This document shows, piece by piece, positions 36,308 through 45,592 of a stretch of 64,000 nt of DNA. Positions within the stretch are counted from its first letter, which is position 1. The number at the start of each line of letters is the position of its first letter. The translations under genes and the position numbers were made by a program. The DNA is taken from assembly GCA_003021085.1 (NCBI GenBank), contig PXRE01000026.1, forward strand, positions 132,669-196,668, written 5' to 3'. Below the pieces are notes generated by a model that was given only the letters and a program-made list of their open reading frames with translations, made no database searches and was not told where the DNA came from. The DNA is from Halobacteriales archaeon QS_1_68_20. Its GTDB lineage: Archaea > Halobacteriota > Halobacteria > Halobacteriales > PXRE01.

Positions 36308-37591
36308 ATGGCTCGCCAGCAAGCGGACACGAGAGAGGGGGTACCGCGGTTCCTGCGAGCAGTGCTCACAGTCGGCGTCGTCGTCGGGCTGTTGATCCCG
36401 GTCTACTTCTTCCTGTTCGCGGAGGTGACGCCGCTGGCGTGGGACTTCCGGGCGTACCACCTCGCCGCGGAGACCGCCCTGGCCGGCGAGCAGTTCGTTG
36501 GCGTCCGGCCGGAGGTAGGCAACGGCGTCTACGTCTACCCGCCGCTGGTCGTGTTGCTGTTCGTCCCCTACGCGCTGATCGGCGGCTGGTTCGGTACGTT
36601 CCTGCTCCAGTCGGCGCTGAACCTGGCGCTGGGCGTTGCCCTCGCCTGGTTGATCCTCCGGGTGGTCGAGAACCGTCTCGGGCACCCCCTGTCGAATCTG
36701 GACCGGGGCCTGCTCGCCGCGTTCGTGCTGGCCAGTACGTACCCGATGATCGCACTCGGGCAGGGCCAGGTCGACCACGCAGTCTCGCTCGCGCTGTTGC
36801 TGGGGTTCGTCTGGCTAGAGCGGGGCGAACAGCAGAAGAGCGGTCTCGCGTTCGCGTTCGCCGCCGTGGTGAAGGTGTTCCCGGTGTTCGTCGGCGTCTG
36901 GCTCCTGTACCGCCGGGCGTGGCGAGCCATCGCGACCGCGGCCGCGGCCGGACTGGCGGCCGTGACGACGAGTTTCCTCCTGTTCGGCGTCGAGACCCAC
37001 GTCAGGTACCTGGAGTTCCTGCTGAACGAGCGGAGTCGGGTCAGCGAGTTCAGCGGCGAACTCGCGCCGGACTTCTTCGGGTTGACGCTGAGTCGCCCGC
37101 TGTCGGTGCTGTTGCCCCAGGTCGACCCCTCGCTGTACTCGCCCATCGCGGCGGTGCTGTTCGCGCCCGTCCTCTGGTTGCTGTACTCCCGCTCGGAGAC
37201 GTTCGAGGACCGTCTCGTCGCGTTCCTCGGGACGCTGATCGGCGTGCTGATCGTCTCGCCCGCCTCGAACCCCAACCACGTCCTGTTCCTGTACTTCCCG
37301 ATGGTGACGCTGGCGTTCGTGCTCGCCCACCGGCGGAGCGGACGTCTCGTCCTCGGCGGCATCCTGGCGATGAGTTTCCCCATCCACTTCACGCACATCG
37401 ACCGCATGATGGAACTCGGGGGCGTCTCCACCGGGTCCCGCGCGACGGTGATGACCGTGGTCGAACCGGTGCTGTCGTTCGGAACGGTCACGCTGTACGG
37501 CCTGCTGTTCGTGCTGGCGGGGTGTGTCGCCTACGCGCTCCAGGACGGCCGGGGCCAGACCACCCCCCAGGGCGTCGAGCAACCGGACTGA
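36308..37591 (+). CDS. Integral membrane glycosyltransferase (GT87 / DUF2029-like)
   Basis: More than 10 TM helices, with YVYPPLVVLLFVPYAL and FAAVVKVFPVFVGVWLL typical of DUF2029 mannosyltransferase-like proteins. Start at the ATG at 36308 or the GTG at 36296. Confidence 0.8.
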   Translation: MARQQADTREGVPRFLRAVLTVGVVVGLLIPVYFFLFAEVTPLAWDFRAYHLAAETALAGEQFVGVRPEVGNGVYVYPPLVVLLFVPYALIGGWFGTFLLQSALNLALGVALAWLILRVVENRLGHPLSNLDRGLLAAFVLASTYPMIALGQGQVDHAVSLALLLGFVWLERGEQQKSGLAFAFAAVVKVFPVFVGVWLLYRRAWRAIATAAAAGLAAVTTSFLLFGVETHVRYLEFLLNERSRVSEFSGELAPDFFGLTLSRPLSVLLPQVDPSLYSPIAAVLFAPVLWLLYSRSETFEDRLVAFLGTLIGVLIVSPASNPNHVLFLYFPMVTLAFVLAHRRSGRLVLGGILAMSFPIHFTHIDRMMELGGVSTGSRATVMTVVEPVLSFGTVTLYGLLFVLAGCVAYALQDGRGQTTPQGVEQPD

Positions 37592-37648
37592 CGACGCCCG
37601 TCACCGGGTTTCGCGCGCTATTTGTACCGGGCCGTCCAACCTCGGGGC

Positions 37649-38380
37649 ATGACCGACCACGACGTGATCGTCGTCGGCGGGGGCGTGGCGGGCCTGTCGG
37701 CGGCCACGTTCACCGCGAGACACGACTTCGAAACGACGGTGATCGACGCCGGGGATGCGATCCTCCGGCGTAACGCCCACCTGGAGAACTTCCCCGGGTT
37801 CCCCGCGGGCGTGAACGCCCGCCTCCTGCTCGCGATGATGCGCGACCAGGCCGAGCGGTCCGGGTGCCCGGTCGTCGAGGCGGACGTCACCAGCGTCGAA
37901 GAGACCGACGGGGAGTTCGCCGTCGAGACCGCCGGAGGCGACCGCTACCGGTCGCGGTACGTCGTCGCCGCGACGAAGAACGAGGTCGACTACCTGGATC
38001 CGGTGGAGGGCGTCGGGATCGTCGACCGGGGCAAGACGTTCGTGGACTGCGACGAACACGGCCGGACCGGCGTCGACGGCCTGTACGCCGCCGGTCGCCT
38101 GGCGGGCAAACCCCACCAGGCCGTCGTTTCCGCCGGTCACGGCGCCGAGGTCGCCGTGACGTTGCTGGAGGACGACGACGCCCCGTTCTACCACGACTGG
38201 GTCGCTCCCGAGGGCTACTTCACGGGCCGTGACCGCGAGGTGCCACCGGGGTGCGAGGAGATCGACGACGAGGAGTTCCGGCGCCGCGAGGCGACGTCGC
38301 TCGAGGTCCTCCGGGCGTACGTTTCCGACCCGTATCCAGAGGGGCCGCGCCGGCACCCCAGCCTCCGGGACGCCGAGTGA
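37649..38380 (+). CDS. FAD-dependent pyridine nucleotide-disulfide oxidoreductase (thioredoxin-reductase-like)
   Basis: Dinucleotide fold HDVIVVGGGVAGLSAATFTAR and a C-terminal GLYAAGRLAG motif. Confidence 0.88.
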   Translation: MTDHDVIVVGGGVAGLSAATFTARHDFETTVIDAGDAILRRNAHLENFPGFPAGVNARLLLAMMRDQAERSGCPVVEADVTSVEETDGEFAVETAGGDRYRSRYVVAATKNEVDYLDPVEGVGIVDRGKTFVDCDEHGRTGVDGLYAAGRLAGKPHQAVVSAGHGAEVAVTLLEDDDAPFYHDWVAPEGYFTGRDREVPPGCEEIDDEEFRRREATSLEVLRAYVSDPYPEGPRRHPSLRDAE

Positions 38381-38733
38381 CCCGTCCGGGGACCGTATTC
38401 AGGACTTCTTCTCGGTCCCGTTCGCCTGATACCAAACGATGGGGTAATCCGCTTACGTGTCTCGGTCCCCAACGTCGATACGGGCGCTACCTGCCGCCAG
38501 CCCCGCCGCTCACTCCCGCTTCCCACATCCCGAGCCTGGTTCGTATATCGTCCCGGTACCCGATGCTACCCGTCTAGCACCGGTCAGGAGAGGTCTGGCG
38601 CGAACCGTGCGGTTCGCGCCGCCCATGGGAGAGAAGTGTCCGTCGCCGGTCGGTCGGCCGGCGACGGGACGTATCTTCGATTCGCCCGGCAAGAGTTTTG
38701 TGGCGATTCGCGGACGCCGCCTGCGATTTCGGC

Positions 38734-39312
38734 TCACTCCCCGTCGTCGAACCGTTCGGCAGCCGTCTCGAAGTCCATCTCGGCGAGTTCCTGGCTCCGG
38801 CGGCCCTCCGTCTCGGCCAGCGCCTCGGGGTCCGGCCCCACGTCGTCGTCGAGCCGCGCCCAGGACTTGTGGACCTTCGCGTGGCACCACCGACAGAGGT
38901 AGACCGTGATCTCGTGGCCCAGGTTCTCCCCGTCGTTCGCGTCACCGGAACGCAACGCGTTCCGGTTGCTCGATGGACTCTGTCCATCGGCGTAGGAGAG
39001 GTGGTGTTCCTCCAGCAGTGGCCGGTCGTCGGAGTGGGCCATCCGCCGTTCTTCGAGGCCACAGCGGACGCACTCCCGGTCGGTCGCCCGCGAGCGGAAG
39101 TGCGGGCACTCGGCCCACTCGCCGTCGCCGTCCTCGGAGACGACGGGACAGCGGAACTCCGCCCCCCTGCGCTCGCGTGCGAACTCGGGGTCCTGCTCGG
39201 GGTGCTCGAAGGCGAACCGGCAGCGGCCGTCGTCGGTGACGTGGTCGCAGACCTCGACGTGCTCGTAGGGGTCGTCGACCCCGACGCGGGGATCGTCCGG
39301 CGGGTCCACCAT
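38734..39312 (-). CDS. Cys-rich HNH-type endonuclease-like protein
   Basis: CxxC-type pairs (CDHVTDDGRC, CPVV...CPHF, CVRCG), then EEHHLSY ... CRWCHAKVH, which resembles an HNH beta-beta-alpha-metal finger. Acidic tail. The ATG at 39312 (MVDPPDD) is used. Confidence 0.7.
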   Translation of the reverse strand: MVDPPDDPRVGVDDPYEHVEVCDHVTDDGRCRFAFEHPEQDPEFARERRGAEFRCPVVSEDGDGEWAECPHFRSRATDRECVRCGLEERRMAHSDDRPLLEEHHLSYADGQSPSSNRNALRSGDANDGENLGHEITVYLCRWCHAKVHKSWARLDDDVGPDPEALAETEGRRSQELAEMDFETAAERFDDGE

Positions 39313-39610
39313 CGTCGAGACGTTGTCGGTGGATGGTACTTGAAGGTGTGTTTCGGTACATCGCGAGTCCACCAGCCAGCGCTGGACCCGTTACGCCTCG
39401 AACCAGCCGGTCGGCCGAAGTCCCAACAGGTCCACCCTGAACGTCTTCGGACCCTCGACCGGTGGCGCGTAGCGGAGTTGCCCGTCGTCGACGTGAAGTC
39501 GACCGATCGTCCGAAAACGTTCCCGCCGACACACCGGCCGGAGAGCTGGATCAGCCAGCGAAACGATACCGGCCGACAGTCACGTCAGGTCGGCGGAGTC
39601 CTGCCCCTCG

Positions 39611-40288
39611 TTACCAGCAATCGTACTCGTCCTGACAGACGTCCCAGCAGCTATCCGGCGGATGGCAGTCCTCGCCCCAGGGGTCACAGTAATCGATCCA
39701 GTTATCCCAGTAACAATAACTGTCACAGCAGTAGATCTTTCGGTGGTACGGAACACAGTCGTCGTCGTAATCGCTGTCGTACTTGCAGTCGGGCGCGTAA
39801 CACTCCGTACAGACCGATTCGACGCTCACTTCGCCGGACGTCCGGTCCGGATCGACGATCCGCTTTCCGGCTTCGTCCTCGACGATTGCATAGGCGTCCT
39901 CCGACTGGGGATTCACGTACATCCGTACGTCCCGTGCCGGTGACTCGACCCGCATGGTTATCAGCGGCTCCCAGCCCTGTTCGGTTGGAATCACGTCGAC
40001 GACGACGTCACCAGCAGTCGATTCTTGCGCACCGGACGTGACGTGATCGACGATCTCCCCGTCGTCCAGGTACCGATTCCGCCGCAAGTAACTGACCAGA
40101 TCCTGCCCGTGTTCGGTAACGGCCTCACTCAGATCCGCGGTCGAGGCGTACTTACTCCTGGCCTCCTGAATGCTGGGTGAGAACTCGGATTTCTTCGTGC
40201 TCGCTCCGGAGGTGGCCCCGGCACCGATGCCGAAGAACGTTGCTGTCGCAGAGCCCTTCTTCAGCAGCTCACGTCTATTCAGACGCAT
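39611..40288 (-). CDS. Tat-signal precursor with cysteine-rich acidic C-terminal peptide (halocin-like architecture)
   Basis: 225 aa. MRLNRRELLKKGSATATFFGIGAG is a twin-arginine signal. The last ~66 aa contain 12 Cys (CTECYAPDCKYDSDYDDDCVPYHRKIYCCDSYCYWDNWIDYCDPWGEDCHPPDSCWDVCQDEYDCW). Low-G+C codon usage and an AT-rich upstream tract. Confidence 0.8.
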   Translation of the reverse strand: MRLNRRELLKKGSATATFFGIGAGATSGASTKKSEFSPSIQEARSKYASTADLSEAVTEHGQDLVSYLRRNRYLDDGEIVDHVTSGAQESTAGDVVVDVIPTEQGWEPLITMRVESPARDVRMYVNPQSEDAYAIVEDEAGKRIVDPDRTSGEVSVESVCTECYAPDCKYDSDYDDDCVPYHRKIYCCDSYCYWDNWIDYCDPWGEDCHPPDSCWDVCQDEYDCW

Positions 40289-40345
40289 ATTCTGAGTTAA
40301 TTCTACTTTAGTTAAATAATATTTGATATACAGTAGTTAATCAGA
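40289..40345 (-). promoter_or_regulatory. AT-rich upstream tract, putative promoter of 39611-40288
   Basis: attctgagttaattctactttagttaaataatatttgatatacagtagttaatcag lies directly 5' of the ATG. It is the most AT-rich stretch in this part of the window. Confidence 0.45.
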
Positions 40346-40560
40346 ATACTCCTCGAGAATTACGATCCGCGTTGAAGGCGTGTCCGCGTTCGCATACGCC
40401 TGAACCGTCTTCCGCCGAGCTCGTCCGCCGACCGTTACCCTCCAGCCCGGTCGTGTAGGGTCCCGGCGACCGGAATCGACCGCGCCATCCGCCGATAGTT
40501 CGCTGGGGACGCCCCGGCCGTCGGCCACGGTAACGGCCGCTTTCCCAACCCTATTCCGCG

Positions 40561-41883
40561 GTGGGTTCGAATAACGAGCATGGCGCTGTCGGGGGAGCGG
40601 GCGTGACGTCGACCCGACTCGGCGTCGATCCGCAGGTGCTGACGCTGGCGGTCGCCCGCATGACCGAGTCGGTCGGCAACTCGTTTCTGATCGTCGTCCT
40701 GCCGCTGTTCATCGGGAGCGACGCGGTCACGGGAGCGACGTTCGGCCTCACCGAGGTCGCGCTCACCGGGGTCGTCCTCTCGCTGTTCGGGTTCGTCAAC
40801 AGCCCCCTGCAACCGTTCACCGGCCGCCTCTCGGATCGGACCGGCCGTCGGAAGGTGTTCGTGCTGGCCGGCCTGGTGCTCATCGGGACCGCGAGTTTCT
40901 CGTACTCGCTGGCCTCCGAATACTGGCACCTCGTCGGACTGCGCGTGCTCCAGGGGGTCGCGGGCGCGTTGATCATCCCGACGACCGTGGCGCTGGTCAA
41001 CGACCTGGCGACGTCGACCAACCGCGGCGGGAACATGGGAACCTACAACACGTTCCGCCTGGTCGGGTTCGGCGTCGGCCCCATCGCGGCCGGTGCCGTC
41101 GTCGCCGCGGGCCCGTACGTCCTCGACCTGGGCCTCGTCCGTGCCCGGGTGAGCGGGTTCGACGCCGCCTTCTACTTCGCCACGACGACGGCGACCCTCA
41201 GTTTCTTCCTCGTCCTGTTCCTGATCCGCGACCCCGAGGTCGACCCGCCAGGGGACGACGACAGCGCACTGGAGGGCATCGCGGTCCGGGACCGGTCCGG
41301 CAGGGGAGTCCTCGACCCCGTATTCGCGCTCGGCGCGGTCACGTTCTTCATGGCCATCGGCGTCGCCCTGTTCGCCACACTCGGGGACGTCGTCAACGAG
41401 CGTCTCGACCAGGGGCCGACGCTGTTCGGCCTGCAGTTCGCCGCGTTCGTCCTGGCCCAGATCCTGTTGCAGGCGCCCATCGGGCGCGCGACGGACTTCT
41501 ACGGCCGCAAGCGGTTCATCGTGGCCGGGACGGTACTGCTGGTCCCGGCCACCTTCGTCCAGGGGATCATCTACGACCCCTGGCTGATGTTCGCCGCGAG
41601 GTTCGTGCAGGGGGTCGCGGGCGCGATGGTGTTCGCCCCTGCCCTCGCGCTGGCGGGCGACCTGGCACCGGAAGGACGCTCGGGGTCGACGCTGTCCGTG
41701 CTGACGATGGCGTTCGGGTTCGGCGTCGCGTTCGGCCCGCTGGCGTCCGGATTCCTCGTCTCCTTCGGGTTCGTCGTCCCGTTCGCGTTCGGTGCGGTCC
41801 TCGCGGCCGTCGGTACCGTCCTCGTCTGGACGCAGGTCGAGGAGACGGTCACGCCGGCCAGGGCGCCGGCGTCCGCGGATTGA
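40561..41883 (+). CDS. MFS transporter (12 TM)
   Basis: 440 aa with two six-helix halves. Motif A-like GRLSDRTGRRKV and a second-half GRATDFYGRKR. GTG start. Confidence 0.88.
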   Translation: MGSNNEHGAVGGAGVTSTRLGVDPQVLTLAVARMTESVGNSFLIVVLPLFIGSDAVTGATFGLTEVALTGVVLSLFGFVNSPLQPFTGRLSDRTGRRKVFVLAGLVLIGTASFSYSLASEYWHLVGLRVLQGVAGALIIPTTVALVNDLATSTNRGGNMGTYNTFRLVGFGVGPIAAGAVVAAGPYVLDLGLVRARVSGFDAAFYFATTTATLSFFLVLFLIRDPEVDPPGDDDSALEGIAVRDRSGRGVLDPVFALGAVTFFMAIGVALFATLGDVVNERLDQGPTLFGLQFAAFVLAQILLQAPIGRATDFYGRKRFIVAGTVLLVPATFVQGIIYDPWLMFAARFVQGVAGAMVFAPALALAGDLAPEGRSGSTLSVLTMAFGFGVAFGPLASGFLVSFGFVVPFAFGAVLAAVGTVLVWTQVEETVTPARAPASAD

Positions 41884-41950
41884 CTGTCGACCCCCGGAGC
41901 CACGGTGCTGGACCCCCGGCACGGGGGCGACCCTTCCGGTCGGATCGGCG

Positions 41951-42375
41951 TTACCCCGTTCGCCGTTCGGTCGTCGCCGACGGTGCCGGCAGCGTGATCG
42001 TGAACGTGGTTGCCTCACCGGGTTCGGACTCGACCCCGACGTCGCCGCCGTGGCGCTCGACGATGCGCTTGCACAGCGCCAGGCCGATGCCGGTCCCCTC
42101 GTGTTCGTCCCTGGTGTGGAGTCGCTGGAACAACTCGAAGATCCGGTCCACGTCGTCGGGGTCGATGCCGACTCCCTCGTCGCTGACGGCGACGGCCACC
42201 TCCCCATCGCCCGTCCGCTGGGCGGAGACGGTCACCCACGGCGTCGTCGGCAGTCGTGTCGTCGGTCGTTACGAGTCGTCGTCCGTCCGCTGGGCGGAGA
42301 CGGTCACCCACGGGGGGTCGTCCCCGCTGTAGGTCAGTGCGTTGCCCAGCAGGTTCTGGAACACCTGGCGCAACT
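41951..42375 (-). pseudogene. Histidine kinase remnant (HATPase_c only) disrupted by a 72-bp duplication
   Basis: N-box [28 protein letters not shown] is followed by an in-frame TAA inside duplicated DNA. The sequence then resumes [41 protein letters not shown]...[18 protein letters not shown] (G1/G2 boxes). No HisKA or sensor part lies upstream. Confidence 0.75.
42211..42313. repeat. 31-bp perfect direct repeat (period 72 bp) inside the kinase remnant
   Basis: ccgtccgctgggcggagacggtcacccacgg occurs at 42211-42241 and again at 42283-42313. Confidence 0.9.
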
Positions 42376-42791
42376 GTTTCCAGGCCGGTCTCTATCAACA
42401 GGAGCGCGACCGCTAGTTGGACGCCCCTGGCGACCGGGTCCCCGAGGTACCGCTCGAGGTGGCCCGGCGACCCCGTGAGGCCGAGACCGAGCAACGTCAC
42501 GCCGGCGAGCATACCGGCCACCAGGAACTCGCCGGTCCCGATGGCGCCGGCGAGCAGGAGGCCAGCCAGGGCCTTCATCGGTTCGACCGACAGCGGGACG
42601 CCGTAGTACAGCCCCCAGGCCACCTGGAACCCGCCGAACCACAGCAACATCGCCGCCGCCGAGCGGTCGGTCAACGCCGCGACCGCGACCACGATGGGCA
42701 GGACCGTAACCGAACCCCCTATCGCGCCGGTCAGGTCGCCGCGGTCGACTCCCGGGAGGGCCGAACGGAATTTCCTCGTCGAACCGGCCAT
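42376..42791 (-). pseudogene. Sulfate/molybdate transporter (MFS_MOT1-like) N-terminal fragment
   Basis: From the ATG at 42791: ...GAIGGSVTVLPIVVAVAAL...GVPLSVEPMKALAGLLLAGAI..., a PxxPMK motif typical of MOT1-type transporters. Only ~140 aa are present before the frame runs into the kinase remnant without a stop. Confidence 0.55.
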
Positions 42792-42896
42792 CGACGCCGG
42801 GTTGTGCCCCGAGACGGTTATTCGTTTGCGTGACCACCGCCGGTTTCGGTTCCGAGAAACGTAACTACGTGCGGTCACGACGGGGGTGGCGGCGGT

Positions 42897-44534
42897 TCAG
42901 GCCAGCAGGTCCCGGAGGGCCCCCCTGACCTGCGTTCGCGCCCGGCCGGGGTGCGGGAGGCCGAGGCGGTAGCGGACCCGGTCCTGGGCCTTCAGCGGCT
43001 CGAAGATGGACGGCTCTGACAGCTCCCACACTCGACACCGCTGCGCGGTCGAGCCGGCGTCGTCCAGCACTGCGTTGGCCGCCCGGCGGCCCGCCTCGTC
43101 GGCGGCTTCCATCGACGCGAGGTCGGTGTTCGTCCGGGCGTAGTCGCCGGCGATGTAGAGGTTCGGCACCTCGGGGTCGGCCGGCGGCCGGTGTTTCAGC
43201 GCCCCGACGGTGTTCACCAGCAGGGGCGCGTCGTTCTCGACGCCGTCGTCGGTCTGCCGCAGTTCGGGGTCGAGGAACCAGTCGACCACGAGGTCTTCGT
43301 GCAGGCGCTCGCGGCCCTCGCGGTTGAGGTGCGCGCACAGTTGCGTCCACACTTCCTCGCGGATCTCCCCGGGCGTACACTCCTTCGCCGGTTTGCCGTA
43401 CACGCGCCCGGGTTCGTTCCAGTCCGAGACGATGACCGAGAGCACGCCCTCCACCTCGCCGTCGCCGCGCTCCCGGAGGTCGCAATTCCAGAACTGCGCC
43501 TGCGAGATGGCCGTCAGCGCCCACGGCGAGTCCACGAACAGCTGGTGGCCCGCGACGACGGGCACGTCCTCCCGGAGGTAGAACTGGATCCCGTTCATCC
43601 AGGCCGTCTCCAGGTGCCTGATGCCGGCCAGCGACGGCGCGGCCCGCCGGAGGTCCTCGGTGAGCAGGTCGACGGCAACCTCGACGGGCACCGCGAGGAC
43701 GTACCGGTCGGCGGTGACCCGCTCGCGGTCGCCGCCGTGGTCGACGGTCGCACCCGCGATTCGGTGGCCCGACAGTTCGAGGTCGGTCACCCTGGCACCG
43801 GTGACGACGTCGGCGCCCAGCGATTCGACGTGTTCGCGCCAGGGCTGGAGCCACACCTCGCTCGTCGGGCCGTCGAGGATGCGTTCGGTCTCCACGCGGG
43901 GGTCGAGCTGGCCGACGAGCAACTGGGCGTACACCCGGCCGACGGTCCGGGCGCTGGCGCGGCGTGGCTGGATGGCGACCAGCGCCTGGGTGGGTTCGAC
44001 GAGTTGCGCCCGGTAACCGTCGCTCATCCGGTCGGCTTCGAGGAAGTCCCACCAGGTCACCTCGTCCAGTTCCTTCCGGCGGCGGCGCTCGCAGGAGGTC
44101 AGCAGTTCCAGCATCCGCTCGGTGTAGAAGGCGGCTTCGCGCGGCGGCACCTCGCCGCCGGCCGGCCGGATCCGGCTGAACCACTCGCCGAGGGTGTCCG
44201 GCGTCCCCACGTCGGCCCTGCGGTGGTCGCCGTGGATGCGGGCCACCAGCGTCCGCTCGGTCGGGACGAGGTGGTCCGCGACGGTCCGGCCGTCGCCGTC
44301 GGGAATCCGCTCCATGGTGTCGATCACGTGCCGGTAGAACCCCGGGAAAAAGCGGAAGCCGTGTTCGCCCGGCAGTGGCGGATCCCCGGTTCCCGGGACC
44401 GGGACGCTCCGTGCTTTCCCCCCGACGCGCTCGCCGGCCTCGTACACGGTCACGTCGAACCCCCGTCGTGAGAGTTCGTGGGCCGCGGTGAGGCCGGCGA
44501 CACCGCCGCCCAGGACGGCCACCCGTTCGGTCAC
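42897..44534 (-). CDS. FAD-dependent oxidoreductase (amine oxidase / phytoene desaturase superfamily)
   Basis: N-terminal RVAVLGGGVAGLTAAHELSRRGFDVTVYEAGERVGGKARS and C-terminal NLYIAGDYART. GTG start. Confidence 0.88.
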   Translation of the reverse strand: MTERVAVLGGGVAGLTAAHELSRRGFDVTVYEAGERVGGKARSVPVPGTGDPPLPGEHGFRFFPGFYRHVIDTMERIPDGDGRTVADHLVPTERTLVARIHGDHRRADVGTPDTLGEWFSRIRPAGGEVPPREAAFYTERMLELLTSCERRRRKELDEVTWWDFLEADRMSDGYRAQLVEPTQALVAIQPRRASARTVGRVYAQLLVGQLDPRVETERILDGPTSEVWLQPWREHVESLGADVVTGARVTDLELSGHRIAGATVDHGGDRERVTADRYVLAVPVEVAVDLLTEDLRRAAPSLAGIRHLETAWMNGIQFYLREDVPVVAGHQLFVDSPWALTAISQAQFWNCDLRERGDGEVEGVLSVIVSDWNEPGRVYGKPAKECTPGEIREEVWTQLCAHLNREGRERLHEDLVVDWFLDPELRQTDDGVENDAPLLVNTVGALKHRPPADPEVPNLYIAGDYARTNTDLASMEAADEAGRRAANAVLDDAGSTAQRCRVWELSEPSIFEPLKAQDRVRYRLGLPHPGRARTQVRGALRDLLA

Positions 44535-44617
44535 ACCTGGCCTAGGGACGGCGGCGTGGAAAACGTTGCGCCGGCCGGTTCGGAACTCTTAGGGCCGGCC
44601 CGGGCCAGGTGCCGGAC

Positions 44618-45592
44618 ATGGACGCCATCGTTGCCCGGGAGGTGGTCAAACGGTACGGGTCGACCGTCGCCCTCGACGGCGTCTCGCTGTCGGTCGGGGC
44701 CGGCGAGGTGTTCGGCCTCATCGGCCCGAACGGCGCCGGGAAGACGACGCTGGTCCGGGCGCTGACCGGGACGACCGACCCGGACGAGGGGGAGGTCGCC
44801 CTGTTGGAGGAGTCCCCCCGGTCGGTCGGCCGGGACAGGATCGGTCTGCTTCCCCAGGCGTTCCTGCCCGCCGACCGCCTGACGGCACGGGAACTCGTCG
44901 CGTACTACGCGGGCCTGTACGACGACGCCCGGGACCCCGACGCCGTGCTTGCGGACGTGGGCCTGACCGACGCCGCCGACACCCGCTACGAGGACCTCTC
45001 CGGCGGCCAGCAGCGGCGGGCCTGCGTCGGGACCGCCCTGGTCAACGACCCCGAGGTGCTGTTCCTGGACGAACCGACGACGGGCATCGACCCCGCCGGC
45101 CGGCGGGCGCTGTGGGGCCTGCTGGAGGACCTCGCCGCGTGCGGGACGACCATCCTGCTGACGACCCACTACATGGAGGAGGCCGAACGACTGGCCGACC
45201 GCGTCGGCCTCCTCGCGGGCGGCGAGTTGCTCGCCGTCGGCACGCCCGCGGAACTGATCGACGAGTACGGCGGCGAGTCCCGGGTCGAGATCGAGACGGC
45301 GGGGCAGTCGACCGGAGCGGACGCCGCCGACGCGCCCCAACTCGCGGCGGACGCGGCGCCCCTCGACGAGTACACCGTCGAGGTGCGTGGGCAGGGCCTC
45401 GTCGTCCGCGGGGTCGGTCCCCGGGAGATCGGCGACGTGGTGGATGCCCTGGCGACTGCCAGCGTCGAGTACGAGTCGCTGACCTGGGCCGAACCCGACC
45501 TGGAGGACGTCTACCTGAACCTCTCGGGCGAGGGGGACGCGACCAGCGACTCCCGGCCACGGGAAGCGATTGCGGGAGGTGACCACCAGTGA
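44618..45592 (+). CDS. ABC transporter ATP-binding protein
   Basis: Walker A GPNGAGKTTLVRAL, signature LSGGQQRR, Walker B VLFLDEPTTGID. Start at the ATG at 44618 or the GTG at 44609. Confidence 0.9.
   Translation: MDAIVAREVVKRYGSTVALDGVSLSVGAGEVFGLIGPNGAGKTTLVRALTGTTDPDEGEVALLEESPRSVGRDRIGLLPQAFLPADRLTARELVAYYAGLYDDARDPDAVLADVGLTDAADTRYEDLSGGQQRRACVGTALVNDPEVLFLDEPTTGIDPAGRRALWGLLEDLAACGTTILLTTHYMEEAERLADRVGLLAGGELLAVGTPAELIDEYGGESRVEIETAGQSTGADAADAPQLAADAAPLDEYTVEVRGQGLVVRGVGPREIGDVVDALATASVEYESLTWAEPDLEDVYLNLSGEGDATSDSRPREAIAGGDHQ

Noticed and set aside
40337-40528. 63-aa minus-strand ORF between the Cys-rich gene and the MFS gene
   Set aside because: It is Arg/Gly-rich with no start context and lies in the divergent promoter region. 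It is probably non-coding.
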